From NCBI RefSeq assembly GCF_009834535.1, contig NC_045696.1, forward strand, positions 98,830,001 to 98,894,000: a DNA stretch of 64,000 nt. The letters run 5' to 3'. The notes below the pieces were generated by a model, which worked only from the letters and a program-made list of their open reading frames with translations, was not told the origin of the DNA and did not search any database. Positions 24,061-38,480 of the stretch are shown in pieces (position 1 is the stretch's first letter; the number at the start of each line of letters is the position of its first letter). The translations under genes were made by a program, and so were the position numbers. This stretch comes from Camelus ferus. Lineage: Eukaryota.

Positions 24061-26629
24061 TATAATGGTTTGAAACTTGTATCACCACTAACATTTTGTA
24101 TATGACATTATATATATATATATATGATATCCTCAATAAAATTTTAAACTCTATAACAGTTAGGACCATATCAGTGTTCTTCTTTTCAGGGAATTCAATT
24201 CAGGATATCGACACTAACCTTTAGTAAATGGAATTATTAACTAATATAGAAAGCTAAACCCTAGAAGATACCTATTTGGGAAAGAAATAGGTAAATGAAA
24301 GAATTGGACCTTCATATGTATACCAAGAAGTCTCTGCCTCTTGGATCATAGCTCCAAAGAGTCACATTAAATGCATTTCTTGAGTTCACTTCTTGAGTTC
24401 TCCGTATCTTCATAACAGGTGGAGAGACCAGTTTGAATATACAAAGATAATGTAAAACTTACACATAATCACCTTATACATAAAACAGCTATCATTAAGT
24501 GACTGTTTTACATCCCATATCTGTTTGTCTGATTGCTGAGGACTGCTGAGGAATATGGGGGCATGGAGGCAGCAGGGCAGCTTCATGAGGTTGAATCTAA
24601 TTTTAAGCTTCTCGGGTTTAAGCTTATACTCAAAAAATATTTGGTCTCATGTCAATCTGTTTAGTACCACTGTGTCTAGAGCCTCCTGCTCTATTAAGTA
24701 CCAAAAGTCAGTTTTTACTACCTGATAATCTGCTGTTGTCATTTCATTTATTGTTGGTTTTGTTGTGTTTTTACTGGAGTGAAGAGAACATGCTTTTGAA
24801 TAAATAAACACACTAAATTTTAAGTGTCCATTACGATATTCTAATTGTGTGTCTCTGTTCAAGCACTCTGTTTAGAAGTATTTTAATGTGAAAACACTTT
24901 ACAAACCTTAAATTCCAGGTTAGTTATTACTAAGTGAGCGTTGCAAGTTATCAAAGGCTTACATTAGATAGACTATACTTCTCTCAATTTCTCCAGATGT
25001 TGACTGTCAACACTGAGGAAACATTTGTAGCTAGAGCTTTTTTTTTTTTCTTTTTTTTTTTTCTGTCTGCCTTTCATTTGTTGCGAACTACAACCACAAC
25101 CCCTTTTGAAAAAATGTGGCACCTGTCCAGCTCCATAGTTTCTGTGACTCCTTTTGTCTGATCAAGGAGGCTTTGGCATCTGTTTACCAACGGACAGGAA
25201 GCCCTCTCTCCCTGGATGTTTCCTAGTCACTTGCTCTTCTGTTGGTATCTGCGGCCAGACCCATTTCATAGAGCCTCTTGCCTTCTATTAAAGATTACTG
25301 GTTTCCAGTCTGTCTTACGTGACTGACTTCTTTCTTGGAAACAGCCTTTGCATCACAGTCTATTTGAACATTCCCACTAGTACGAAGCAGTGGTTAGAGC
25401 ATTGCTACATTTTCACTTCCTAACACTCTATGCTATAATTCACTCAGTTGCCTTCTTAGATACAAATGAGTAAGTTCTTAGGAGTACAAAGATATGGAAG
25501 AATTGTTAGAAGACACTTAGATTTGAACACTTAGCTATCTTACTTACAAATGAAAGCACATACTTATGTCATGAACATTTGACCTGTGTGGTTTTAAAAC
25601 ATGTTAAAATATGTCAATGTTTTAAAACTTTAAAATGTAAAATTATTCTAAATGTTTTTTAAAGTTATAGGAAACTGGATATTTTTTTGAAAAAAAAAAA
25701 AAAAAAAAAGGAAAAGCCCTCAATGTCAGAAGTCAAGATAAAAACACTGAGAGGGAACTATGATAATAATTACGGAGACCAGATACAGGATGGGAGAAAG
25801 AAGTTTATATGAAATTAAACTGGGATAGAAAAATGTAAAGTATTTTCCTGTCATTGAAAAGGGGTCCTCCTAGGATTTCACACAGCCAAATAGCACCCCA
25901 ATTCTCCTTAAATTTTCTTTCTTTTTTTCCTTTCCATGAGATGAGACAAGGAAACGTGCACACACTGGAAACTTGAAAAAATGAATCGGTTTGGTCCTTT
26001 GATCGACTGTAAGCAGGGAATTGTCAGACTTTCCTGTTCAAATACAATCTAAGGTCATATGTGATCTGCTCTCAACATCCTAAAATGGTTCTCAAGCTGG
26101 GCACCCACTGGCCCATTTAGTTATGTATCTACTATCACCCTCGTCCTGTGCAGAATTAAGTCAACTTGAACCTCCATGATGATGGATAGAGTCACAGCTG
26201 TGAGGTCCTTCAGACTAGAGACAACCGTGTACCTTCTTTATCAGAGAATCTGGAATATTTGACTTTTGTTTTACTTGGCTAAACTCAGTGCATAAAACAA
26301 AGCTTAGATGATAAGTGAGTCAGTGTGCAGTGTTCACACTTGTGCTTGAAATACGGTTTGTTCAGTTAACAATTCTACCCATTAGAAGCTGCACTGCTGT
26401 CTGACTCTTTTTTTTAAGCCTGGTTGTTTCTCCACTTAACCTTGAACTGCTCTTACTTTGAATATCTCCCTGCTCAGAAGTAATCACTGTCCTGTGTGTA
26501 GTGCTTATAGTTTCCGAGCTTATTTTTAAACACTTATTATAATTGTTTTTAATCCAGCAAGAATATTTGGCTTGATTGTTGTCAATATGGCATAATTACT
26601 ATCCCTTTCAAGGTCTCCAAAAGACGTTG

Positions 26630-27000
26630 CATTGCAGAGGAGAAACTAGGAATGACTTTTCACAGAGGTCCTTTTTCCACTTTGTTCTGGGTTAGAATTT
26701 GCCAGTGAGAAGCACTGGAGTGACATTTGGAAGGTAGAAAAGAAGGGGCAGAGAGGGTTCTCTGGAGGCACTTTCAGACAGACACTGGGTAGACTGGAAA
26801 CAAGAAGACCACAGCAGCTCTCTGGCAAGCTCGCCTGCTTTAGTGCTATAGGCAATTGGGATACCAAGTAATGGCTTCTTGAGAAGCCGTGTTTGCTTCC
26901 TGGGATAGTCAGGGCTTTCCAGCCAAACAATGCAAAGAACAAAATAATTGTAAACTCCATCTCCAGTGAACTAGAAAACAGCCACAATGCCCAATAACAA
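26630..27000 (+). mobile_element. Ancient ERVL-type LTR fragment
   Basis: 'gttctgggttagaatttgccagtgagaagcactggagtgacatttggaagg' resembles the 5' part of LTR33/41/52-type LTRs. Confidence 0.4.
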
Positions 27001-28419
27001 AAATTTGAAACTTGGATTAATTTGAGGGTGAATGCCAAGTAGAATACACACCTCTACCCATCTAATGCAAATTTCAAAATTCTTCTAAAGTAAAAGGCCT
27101 GATTAGTGTCCCGGTTATTGGTCTGGGTAGAGTTGCGGAGGGTTGGCCTGACAGAGTATCTCTGAGTCCAGTCTACACCTACATTGTTAACTATTTGTTT
27201 AATGAATGAAATTAGTTATGAATGTGCCCTTTACAGTCTTCTTAATCATAATGAAATATAAAAAAACTACTTAAATATACAACAATAATGGTTTATTTAA
27301 ATGAACTTTAGTACTTTCATATAATGAGATATTTTGAAGTTGTTCACAATGGTAATGCCATAGAAGTATATTTGTCAATGTGAAGGATCGTCCTCAATTT
27401 ACTAAATACAGGAAAGACATGAGAATAAAATATATATTTGTACCTTAGACTGGCGTGGTGATCACTTATATACAGGATTGGCTAAATGCAGGGCTAGAAA
27501 GGAGGAAAAGACAGACTCAGCAGTTACTAAACAAATTTGTGGCTTTCTTTAAGGCCGATGTAAACCAGACTAACAGTCTCTGCACGCCTGATGTGCTATC
27601 TGATCCACTCAGGAAGCTTCGTTTTCTTTGCTTCATAGAAAAATAAAGTAGCACAGAAAATTAGGACTCATCAATACAAGAAATCATTTGACTGAATAAA
27701 TAAATGTGAAATTTTACTTCAAGGTACTTTCCTCCATAAAAGTCTCCCATCTCAGCTCACTCAGAAAGAAGGGAAAAGGAGAACGCAATAATCTGACTTC
27801 AGAATAAATAATGGAAGAATTTCAAAACTGAGTGAGGGCTTTGCTTTGAACCATCCAATCTTCTTGAGACTGCAAATTGTGCAGGAACAGAGAATCGTTT
27901 CTCTCATGAGCTTTCCTCCAATCAGGAAGAAAATATAACATGAGCATTTCTTATGGATTTCAACATATCTAATCATACATCTGGCAGCAATCTAGAAGAG
28001 CAGCTAGATGAAAAATTCATAAAGAATTTATGTACATAGTATACTCAGCTCAATTTTCATTTTATACAAAATTTTTGAAGGAAAACAGAATTATTTTGAT
28101 GGAATAATTCACATTATAATTCATAGTATATAAGTGCAGCTAGCATAAATTAAAGTCTGAATTACTTTTGGATGTCATTCTGCTTAAATGTTTTCAATGC
28201 GGGTAAAGTTTTCAATACTTTTTTTTCAAATAGAAGGTTGCTTTCCATTACATCTTTTTTTTCTGTGTCTTTGTGTTTCATAATATATTTCAAAGAGTCA
28301 AAATATGTTATTACTGAAACAACAGACTCTCTTTAAGCAAAGATCAACTTTGACCCAAACCCAAGCTTTCAGTTTAAGATTTGATTCAGATAATAATATC
28401 AAAAGTAAGGCAATACTCT

Positions 28420-28545
28420 GTAGTAGAGATTGTTAAAAGCTCAGTCTTTGGAGTAGAACAGAGCTGAGTTTAAATCACAACTTCACCAACTTATTAAGCT
28501 GTGTGATCTTGGAGAACTTACTTAACCTTTCCAAATGTATTTCTG
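28420..28545 (+). mobile_element. MIR fragment
   Basis: 'tctttggagtagaacagagctgagtttaaatc...agctgtgtgatcttggagaacttacttaacc'. Confidence 0.65.
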
Positions 28546-29079
28546 ATCATGTCACTGTCATCCACTTTCCTTTTCTAATGACTATCCAGTCCACTCATAT
28601 GCAATCATGCATTGGTTCCTAAATATTCGTTTAATTTCCAAGTAACATATGAAGTCATCATATATACACAGACCCTGAAAAAATACCCTTAAAAAATAAA
28701 TTCTAGGCTGGGCTATTCCCAACAGCACACTGTGAACAAGGAGGAGTATGTATTCAGAGCTCCTTATCTTCTCTCAACAATCCCACTCCTCAGGCTGCTC
28801 GGTCCAGTTAATGGCAAATTTGTTCATTCTTTTGAAATAACAAAAATGTCAGTGGAGCCTGTTGGGTATGCATCAGCTCAGATCAATTAATTAGCAGAAA
28901 ACATAGTTGTAAATACAGAGAAAGTAACCTTTTGTTAAAACAATGAATTTTTTTTTGTTTTATCTATTGTTGTATGCTATTATATTGAGTATCTCATTAA
29001 TCAAATGTTAAAATATGTTTCTAAAAATAAAAGTATTGTAGTTATCTCACAACCACGTGGAAAGCCAACAAGTTTTCTA

Positions 29080-29235
29080 AATACAGAATCCTTGACATTG
29101 TTGAACCCCTAAACAACACCGTAACGGCCAATCTACAGCCTTCTTCCCATGTGAGAAACAGATCTCTATTTCTCTAAACTTTTGTAAATCATGTTTACTG
29201 TTAGATGCATGTGAAATCATTCCTAGCTGATACAA
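29080..29235 (+). mobile_element. MaLR (MLT1) LTR 3' fragment
   Basis: 'tgacattgttgaaccc...atgtgagaaaca...cattcctagctgataca' resembles an MLT1 3' terminus. Confidence 0.55.
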
Positions 29236-29808
29236 TTGGTAATTTAATTTCATCAAAGCAACATAATCCATCACAATCAATTCATGCTGATAACTTTGGT
29301 GTTTATTGATTTTGTAGTTTGGATCCTATTTGGTTTGTAAATAGGTTTTTTTTTTAAAATTGTCACACAGGAAAGAGAAGGGAAAGGAGTTGGTATTTTG
29401 TTGTCATCAAGAAAGTTGTACATTGCTGAAAATCATCATCGTAGAGTGATGCACTGAACAGGAGTGAACGTCTGTAGAGTAAGCACAACACTGGGCCACT
29501 CGGCAGATTTTGCATCCCTGTTTTATTGCAATTGGTTATGAGATCTGGGAATGTCAGCCCTCACATCTATGGACCGTATTCTTTATATGAGGAAGACACA
29601 GGACACAGAATGATCTATTAGGATGCTGGAGGAAAGTGTAACTTGCATGTTTTTAAGTCATCATTTGTACATTTTTATTTCATCCATAGTACTATATAAA
29701 TACATTTTGCAGCAGATGTTTAAAATGTTTTTACTGATAAGAATATGTGATCTAAAACTTTGGAAGACAATCAATGTCATAGTTATTTCATCTTTAAATT
29801 GAAAAATT

Positions 29809-30019
29809 CAGTGTTTTTTCAATGCTCCTTCATGGGGTCCTAGAAGTTCATTGAGAGTGGTTAGGAGGTGGAAAACCTGGGCAAGGGAAGGTTCAAGGAA
29901 ACAGAGATCACAGGCTCTACCCTCCCAGCTCCTCTGTACATCTCTCTTATCACTTTTGAGTTATATTTCTTTATAGGAATAGGCTCAGACACTCAAACAA
30001 AAAGTTTGAAGGACACTTG
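29809..30019. mobile_element. Possible degraded hAT-Charlie MITE
   Basis: Ends 'cagtgttttttcaa' and 'aaaagtttgaaggacactt' resemble Charlie-type TIRs. Confidence 0.4.
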
Positions 30020-30060
30020 ACTAAATGATGTCTGAGATCTCAACCAGATCTAATGTCCCT

Positions 30061-30207
30061 TGCACAAGGAACTACATTCAATATCTTGTAATAACCTTTA
30101 ATGAATAAGAATATGAAAACGAATATATGTATGTATATGTATGACTGGGACATTGTGCTGTACACCAGAAATTGACACATTATAACTGACTATACTTCAG
30201 TAAAAAA
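30061..30207 (+). mobile_element. Short 5'-truncated cetartiodactyl/camelid-type L1 3' end
   Basis: 'gcacaaggaactacattcaatatcttgtaataacc...tgtgctgtacaccagaaattgacacattataactgactatacttca' followed by an A-run. Confidence 0.85.
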
Positions 30208-30649
30208 TTAATCTAGGCTTTTTTGATCATCTTAAGTTTTTAGTTACCTTCTATTCTGGAAATAAAATAGTAACAAATATTAAGCACACACATAGCAGAT
30301 TTTCCTGTTAGGGACCTTGTGTTTTAAACTTCAGACTCATGGTCTAATTAGTGATATAGGACACATGTATGAGAAGACGACCAAAAGGTGTGCAACTTGA
30401 CTGGTGGACACAGTGTGTCATAGTGGTTAAGGATAGGAACAGATTTCTTCCAGGTGAAATCATCGTGTAAAGTGTATTTAAAGGAGTCCCTAAGATCATC
30501 CCATGTGAGGCATCACATTTTAATGACAATTTTGCTGTTAATACTACCTTAAAGTAATTGCATTCTGTAGGTTTTGATTGGCTAACACAGCTGATTGTTT
30601 TGAAGCTTTGTTGAAAATAAAAGAGTGCAACTGAATTTTGGTGATATAC

Positions 30650-30797
30650 TTTTTGATTGATATATAGTTTATTTACAAGTTTGTGTTGATTTCTGGTGTA
30701 CAGCTTAGTGATTCAGTTACATATATACATTCTTTCTCATATTCTTTTTCATTATGGTTATTACAAGCTATTGAATATAGTTCCTTGTGCTATACTG
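30650..30797 (-). mobile_element. Short cetartiodactyl-type L1 3' end
   Basis: 'atttctggtgtacagcttagtgattcagttac...ttattacaagctattgaatatagttccttgtgctatac' is the reverse complement of the same L1 3' motif as at 30061. Confidence 0.85.
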
Positions 30798-31755
30798 TGA
30801 AAGTGGTGAATGCTTAGCCCCTAAATGTCTAGACATTCTTGATGGAAGTCAGGTGTAGGCCCAGTTGCCTCATGAATAAAGACGGCCAAGTCATTTCAAG
30901 CTGTTTCAGCTGTTTAACAGTTTATCCTCAAGAAGTAACTACAGATGCGATATTTCCTAGATTCTTTCTTCTCCACCCTTTTCATTAGAATCAACTCAAG
31001 TAATTTGTAAAATCTAAAGATAAAAGAAAACAGCTTGGCCGTTGTATGTCTGGTCAAGATTTTCTGCCAAATTTTTGGTATGGATCATAAACAAACAAGT
31101 AAGAGAGAGAATAAATGAATAATATGAGTCATGACTGTTACCAGAGGCAATCCTGAATCATTTCCAGTGACTGTTAATCTGTTTAAGATTACAAAGTCAG
31201 CAAGCACATATGTAAACCTTTCTCAGGCAATGCCTTCTCACAAAGATTGAGCTGGAAAAGTGAGCGGCAGAGATGGTGCTGATGCACTTATAATTGGCTA
31301 TGACTTCCCATGACAATGAACTTGGTTTTGTCCCTTAATGAAGGGTTGGGACCCATAGTGGGAGGAAATCCATTCTGCCTCTGCCTGTACCTGTCCAAGG
31401 GAGCACTGTTCCCTGATGGAGAACCTTCAGCAGGTAGTCTTGTCTAGAGTCTAATTTTCTGAAGATATTTGTATCTTCCCTGGCCAAAATGATAGAAATT
31501 TTTCTCCCTCTTTGGTTAGAAATTTGAATGCCAAAATCCAATGGTTAATGGGCAACTTCATATATAAAATAACATACCTTTATTTACATATGAATATTTA
31601 TGTTTAAATATTTTTGTGCTTCCAATCAGCCTAAATGCCTGAATAAAGAACTGCTATAAAATGCATTTACTCTAAGAAAAGGAGAAAATGAAAAAAAATA
31701 CCACTTTACTGCTATGACCCCAAAATACACCATTATAGGCAGAGTCCTTGCATGA

Positions 31756-31757
31756 GT

Positions 31758-31803
<46 letters not shown>
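31756..31803. repeat. (GT)n microsatellite
   Basis: About 20 perfect GT units (31764-31803), preceded by an interrupted GT run. Confidence 0.95.
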
Positions 31804-31807
<4 letters not shown>

Positions 31808-32659
31808 AAAGCCTAGGTCCCCGAAGCGCTTCACATTTAGACATTTCATATTAGCAAAATATTCAAAGAAATAAAAACATAAAGGATCCAAGACATACAC
31901 TCAAAACGTAGGGGAGGGGTGCTCACCCTGTAATTTTTACATTTAATAGATCACAATATTTTAAACTTTATCAGGGTATTTCCTTATTTTTTACTTATTT
32001 ATACTCTTTGAGTAGAGAAAGCAGTAACCATCTCTTATCTGAGAATCCCACCACCTCTCCATTTACAGTAACTGTGCTTGAAGTGTCTGGAGACTAAAGA
32101 GAGAGGCAGGAGGTTTTGTTTGTCTGAGTCATTCAAGCAGCCACAGCATCCAGATCAGTGCTGGTATTTATTTAGGGGACACATACAGTTTATCAATGAA
32201 ATCCAGATGCTTTTGTCTAAGACAGATGCTAAAGTGGACAGTGCACCAAGTCCTCCCTGGCAAACTGAAGATAGTTGTGTAACTGTTATTCATGAATTAT
32301 TCATTCAATGCATGAATGCATGAACAAGAATATACCCCACCATAAGCTTGTTCTAAGTGATGCTGTGAACAAAGGTCAAGAAGTTATTCTGGGCTGTTTC
32401 CCATAGCCATTCAGTGGACAGATGGTATGAGGTGATGGGTTTCAGCTCTTCATAAGGCCTGACCTGGAGACTGAGGGAAAATGATCTGCAACCATTAAGC
32501 TATCATACAGACAGTAGTGCAGGCTCAAATATAAACATTTTAAATAATATTAAATAAAAAATATTTATTTTTAATTTTCAAATAAAGATCTACCTCAATT
32601 TTTTAAATAAATAGAATAGAATAAGACTAAGGGGAAAAAAAGATGCTGTAAGAAAAACA

Positions 32660-32830
32660 GGGTTTGGGATGGGAATATAAAGACCTGAGATCTAGCCTTG
32701 CTTCTTCATTCAACTTTTTCTGAAATATTGGAAAATTACTTCTATTTCTACAATATCTTAAGTGTAAAATTACTAAAATAGGGCACCTACTAGTTTCTGA
32801 CTTTCCCAGCCCTGCCTATCTACGTAATGG
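32660..32830 (+). mobile_element. MIR fragment
   Basis: 'agacctgagatctagccttgcttct...tattggaaaattacttc'. Confidence 0.4.
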
Positions 32831-32834
32831 TTGT

Positions 32835-35305
32835 TTTACAGAAAGAGTGACAAATTCTAGGTCAAAAACCCTCTTTTCCAAAAACAGAGCAGTGATGGAT
32901 AAAATTCTTTAAAAAGAGAGAGGGGAAAAAATAAGTAAAAAAGATATATTTGGCTCAGATAAAGGTTCAAACATTTTTTCAGACCAGAAATGGGTCATAG
33001 GTGTAATATGATAATCAGGACTCTAGCTGGGCTTCTGGGCTGAGTCCTGAAGCAGGAAGTGGTGGTCAGGAACTGGCCCCTACAGGTCAAAAGAAACAAG
33101 TGCCCGCTTTATGCAGGAGGCTGGAATTAGGCTCACTGCTGTGGCCAACGACTTAGTGCAGCTCTTTTAATTTTAAAGGAGGCTGAAAATGTCTCCTGCC
33201 AATTCATAGTGTCCAAAGTCCTTGGTTTTGGGGAGCTGTAGACCTAAGAATGCATAGCTGTCAATCTGGATATGAGGCAAACTGCCTGCTGAATCTGAGG
33301 CTGAATCTGCGAATCTTTAATGTTACCATGTGCTCTAAAATGCTTTTAAAGACCTTTGTCTTAGATTGGGGACACAGAGAGCTGAATAGAGGCAAGTGCA
33401 AAACCTGTAAGGGCAGGGAGGGGTAGGCAAAAAGGGGAACTGATGGGAAGAAACAAATATAAGGCAATCTGCAAATGCAAATTCTAAAATCCAAAAAAAA
33501 AAAAAAAAAAAAAAAAAAGCCCGAATGCTAAAAATGAAACAATAGGACAACAAAAAAATGATAGGAAAGGGAATTCATTCCAGACAAGTTTAGATCTATA
33601 GAACAATTAAACAAATACTTTAAAATAAATATGCTACAAATTTCCAAAAAAAAAATGAATGTATACATCAATTCTTTTAAAATCAATGACAATTTATGAA
33701 ACAAAATGGTCAAAAGAATAATAAAAGATAATAAAATATAAGTTTAAAATTTTAAATTTAAATTCTTAAGAATAAAAAGCATAATTATTCAATTAAAAGC
33801 AATGCAATAGATGAGATAAATTTAAGAATGGATATGGTCAGGAAAAAAGTTAGTAACCTGGAATATGGTACCATAGACAGTTACAGACATAAAGATGTGA
33901 AGAACAATTGAGAAACATCATGGTTAAATTGTAATGCTTCACTGTTAATCTAAAAAGAGTTCCAGAAGAACAGATTGGAGAAAATGGAAGAAAAAAATCA
34001 TGATTTGGAGAGGTAATTACTGACAACTTTCCAGAATTAAAATTATACTCCAAATATGAGCAGAATAAAAAAAATAGAACCATACCTAGATACCTTATAA
34101 TTGGACCCCAGAACATCATTACAAACAAATGATCTGAAAACTGCCAGAGGGAAAAAGAGGGAAAATATTTTTCTTACAAAGGAATGACATTTAAACTAAC
34201 AGCAACATTTCTTTGTCAGAATTGCTTGGCATTGATTTATGCCAGAAGTTAGCAGAGTTCTACCTTCTGTCATAGAGGGAATGTATCTGTCAACACAGAA
34301 TTTCATTCCTAGCCAAATTCTCCTTTAGGAATAAGAAAAAAAACCCAGTATTTGCAAACATATAAAAACAAATAAAGGCTGTCACTCAAATAATTATTGA
34401 AGGATGGACTTCTGGTAAAGTAAAAGTAAATACTGATGAAAGGTGTTAAATATGTGAAATGATAGTGTGTGTTAACATTGACAGTACAGGTCTGAACTTA
34501 TTAAATATTAACTATTGAATCTAATGTTAAATCATTTTTGTTTGATTGGCAAAAGTACAACTCTGACAACACTAATATCATGGGGGTAGAGGTTGTTAAA
34601 TGGGAATGTAAGGCATGCTAAAGGTTTTATTGTGTTTGGAAGGATAAAAATCTATTGAATGTAAATAGCATGTATCTTAAAAATCTAAAAGTAATTCCTA
34701 AACGAATATAGATTAAAAATCTATAGTTTCCCAATCAGTATAGAAAAAACATATAAAATGTATAGTAAATTATATGTGAAATATTTATGAATATGTTGTA
34801 TATTTTTAATATATAAAACAGAAAGGATGGTAACAGGATAACACAAAATAAAATGGCTGGAATAACTCTAAATCTGCCAGTAATCACATTAAAGTTAAAT
34901 GGGCAAAGCTGTTCTATTAAAGAGATTATCAATTTGGAAATTAAAAAGGAAAATAAAATCAACTATGTTGCGCTTATAAGAAACACTCTTAAAGCAAAAC
35001 CACACATAAGGACTGACTATAAAGTGATAGAAAATGATATGCTTTACATTATTATTCCACAAAGTAGTATAGCAATATTAATATCAATCAAATAGAATTT
35101 AAACAAAAGAGCATTAAGAGAAATAAAAATTTTACATATTGATAAAACCATAATCATTACGAAAATACGCATTAAAAAACATAGCTTCAAACTATATAAA
35201 GCAATAACTGACAGACGTACAAAGAGAAATAAACTAATCTACATTGATAGTGGATTATTTTCACACACGGCAAAAACTGATAGATCAAGCAAATTGGTAA
35301 GGATG
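32835..35305 (+). mobile_element. Ancient L1 (L1M-type) 5' region: 5'UTR, degenerate ORF1 and start of ORF2
   Basis: A-rich ORF1-like sequence at ~33500-34420. ORF 34853-35095 (MAGITLNLPVITLKLNGQSCSIK...) resembles the L1 ORF2p endonuclease N-terminus (ITLNVNGLNSPIKR). The 5' boundary is uncertain. Confidence 0.75.
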
Positions 35306-35379
35306 TGGGGACTCAGAGAGGGGGGTGCCAACAGGGCTATCGTGACAGTCCCTCTGCTGCTTCCGCTCTTGACAACTCT

Positions 35380-35720
35380 ATGGTAATATCATATTATTTA
35401 ACTTACTGGTTCCTTATGATAGGCTATTCAAGAGGTACAGTATTCCTCCTCGTTCTATTTTTTTCTTTCAAAGTATTCTTAGGAATTACATGTTCCCTTT
35501 CAACTGTAAAATTGCCCTTCAAGTTCCAAAAATTAAACATCTTGTTATAAAACCTTGAGAAATGCATTAAATGTATAGATTAATTTGTGGAGAATTGACA
35601 TTTTCTACAACATGAGTTTTCCATCCAGAAGGAGTATACCTCTGTGTTTGTGTCTACAGTAATGTGCTCAGCAAAGTTGTATAATTGCTTTCACATCATT
35701 ATTATGCTATCTAGAAGAAG
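35380..35720 (-). mobile_element. L1 ORF2 fragment, opposite orientation
   Basis: 'gcattaaatgtatagattaatttgtggagaattgacatttt...tgagttttccatcca' resembles reverse L1 ORF2 and the segment at ~57245-57315. Confidence 0.6.
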
Positions 35721-37184
35721 AGCATTAGATGTAAAAACTATTAGCAGTTAGAAGCATGATATAGCAATCAACTTGACTGTGTCACTTTGACTAATGATGC
35801 TCTAAATAGGATTCATCCAGTTTTTTTCAGTTAGGTACACTATGAAGTGATCTTTCCAAGTGTTGGTCTTTTCATTCATTCAGTCACTCAAGAAATATTT
35901 ATTTGGAACATAATTCACACTTTGACTGAGTCCTGGGATATAAAGGAAAATAAGCTGCAATTCTATCCTCAAGAGATTTACAAATCTTAGAGTAAGAAAA
36001 AAAAATCAATAGATTCAGAAAGTTAAGGAAATAGAAGAAAAAGATGTCCAAGGAAGGAAAGAAAGGAGGGAAAACAAAAACAAAAACAAAGGAGACCACA
36101 GACTGCATGTTATGGGCCCAAATGTAACTCCTAGATTCCTTTCTCAGTCTACATTAGCACAATGTAATTTATAACTTACTACCGGCTGCACAATAAATTT
36201 AAAGACGTAGAATAAAATAACAAGTGCATAGTTACAAGTACTGTGATGAAACTGAAGAAGAACACATTCTGAACCTTATTTTTATAAAGGACACTGTCAT
36301 GTTTTACCTCCATGTGCTTTTTTCCAGGTATTTGAACTGCTTATTTTTAGTTGAATATAGTCTATTGTGGATAGTTTTTGTGGCTAATTCACTGGATTGC
36401 CCTTTAAAAATGTAAATATCTAGCAGGGATCTGATTTACTGGCATGATTATAATCCATCCCCAAATGAAGTTATTTGTTGACATTTTAAAATAGCTTATT
36501 GCTAAGATACTGCCAGGGACTTTTAAACAGCAAATTCCATAAAGAGCAGCTTGAAGTAGGTGAACACAAATAATTTACATTACTCACAAGAGATATTTTT
36601 TATTTAATACCTAGGGTAAACTAATTGAAAATCTAAAATTATACTGCTTTCCTGTAGAGTATGAAAAGGGATTATAAAATGAAAAAAATCCCTTAGATCT
36701 GAATACCCCGTACTTTTCTTTTTCCGCATTTCTATCGTCATCTTTTTCTATCAGGTGATAGTTAGGTCTGTGTTCATGGATTAGGATCCATTGATCTCAG
36801 TTGGAAAATCTGAGTCACTCTTGCTGATCACTGTGTGCTATTGCCAAAGCTGCCTGCTTTGCTAGCAAAGTATAATTCTATTGAAGTTCGTCCCAAATAA
36901 TCATCTGTATAAACAATGATATGTGGTTTTAAACTTGAAGCACATTTTCCAACCAGCTGAACTAACTACTTTATTTAACTTTTACTTAAGAGCAATGCGA
37001 CATGCTGTGACTTTTTCTAATGAAAAAAAAATTGTTTTCCAATGGAATATAGTGATGGTTTATTTGATCAGATGCTGGCTGTTCATCACAGGAACAGCAA
37101 TTTCTGCCTACTATTTGCCACCAAATTCGAAAATCTACCTTAATGGGATCCTTTTGACATATTTCAGATGAGAGGCTAAATCAG

Positions 37185-37470
37185 AATAATAATTCACTCA
37201 TTTAATGAACAAATCTTTATTGACCGTGTACTATAAGCCATGCAACTTAATGGGTTCTTGGAATTAAAATAGAAAAAAAAAAATCTTGGTCCCTGCCTTG
37301 CATAGAATATCTCAGAGGCATATATGCAAAACTGATGACATTGTAGTGACGAAGCACCAGTAGAGTCTAATACAAAGTGAATTTTTGAAAGATTAGAATT
37401 GGGGAGGATATGTAGACAGAAACAGGAAGTTGATGGTGAAATGCGGTTTAAGTTGGTTTTGGAAGAGGTG
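37185..37470 (-). mobile_element. L2 3' fragment
   Basis: 'attcactcatttaatgaacaaatctttattgaccgtgtactataagcca...ggtccctgcc'. Confidence 0.55.
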
Positions 37471-37484
37471 GGTCAGGCACCGAG

Positions 37485-37700
37485 TTTTGAAGTAGAGGTG
37501 CTCAAGGCAGATGAACTGAGCTTACCTGGCTTCCTACCTACTAGCTGGGTGACTTTGGCTGTGCTATTTAACCCACCAGTAAAACCAGATGAATAAAGTC
37601 TACCTCATCAGATCATGTGAGGATTAAATTAAACAACGGAAAGTGATTGGTGTAATTCCTGGCACTGCTAGTGTTCTATAAGTATTAGCTAAAATTAGTA
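37485..37700 (+). mobile_element. MIR SINE
   Basis: 'cctactagctgggtgactttggc...tttaacc...ctacctcat...gtgaggattaaatta...cctggcac'. Confidence 0.7.
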
Positions 37701-38139
37701 TTGCTCCCGAGAGAGGAATCAAAATGTATAAACATATAAAATATGTCTGCAGCACATAAAAAATGTTAGGCTGTACACGAATGAGTGGTGGGAGGCAGAG
37801 GCTGGGCCAGCTGTGAGGAGCCATGTGTGTCTTGCTATGAAGCTCTTTGCTGCCCAAATCAACCCTGACCTCTTGTAATGGTAACTAGTGTCTACGTGTT
37901 TGAGATAATTTTAGATCATTTTTTCTATTCAGTTAAAGAGCACCCACGGATTTGCCTGCACTTGTGATATGTGACACTTGGGAGTCAGAGGGGACCAATG
38001 GCATAAAAAAGACTGAGTCCTAAAGTGACCTGTCATGACCAAGGTAGTAGGGGGCAGTAGAAGCCCTTCTGCAGGGGTATTTTTTTTTTTTTTTCATTGT
38101 TGTTTCTAGAGAAGAAGAATGAAATACTAATCCAGGAAG

Positions 38140-38480
38140 CGTATCTCACAGAGGTTGGTCAGTGACACAGATGTGATCTTTGCCCTAATGGAGCTTCTAC
38201 CCTAGAAATAAACAAGCGTATGAGACAGGTGTTAAGTGCCTTAAGGGAAGCCAAACGAAGATTGATGGTGCAACTACTTAACATCAAGTATTGGGGAAAG
38301 TCTCCTAGAAACATATAACCTGAATCTTAAAGTCAGACATGGGAGTAGCAGTGGGAGGAACATTCCAGCCAGAAGAATGGTACATGAAGACCCTCCTAAA
38401 ACTGAGTGGAGGCTAGTCTGCCTGGAACACTGTGGATGAGAAAGAGAGGCAGGAAGGGACCAAATCATATACTCTTTGCA
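38140..38480 (-). mobile_element. L2 fragment
   Basis: 'ctttgccctaatggagcttctac...gggaggaacattccagccagaagaa'. Confidence 0.55.

Noticed and set aside
34853..35095. Endonuclease-like CDS
   Set aside because: It is a degenerate L1 ORF2 remnant with downstream stops and frameshifts, not a host gene.
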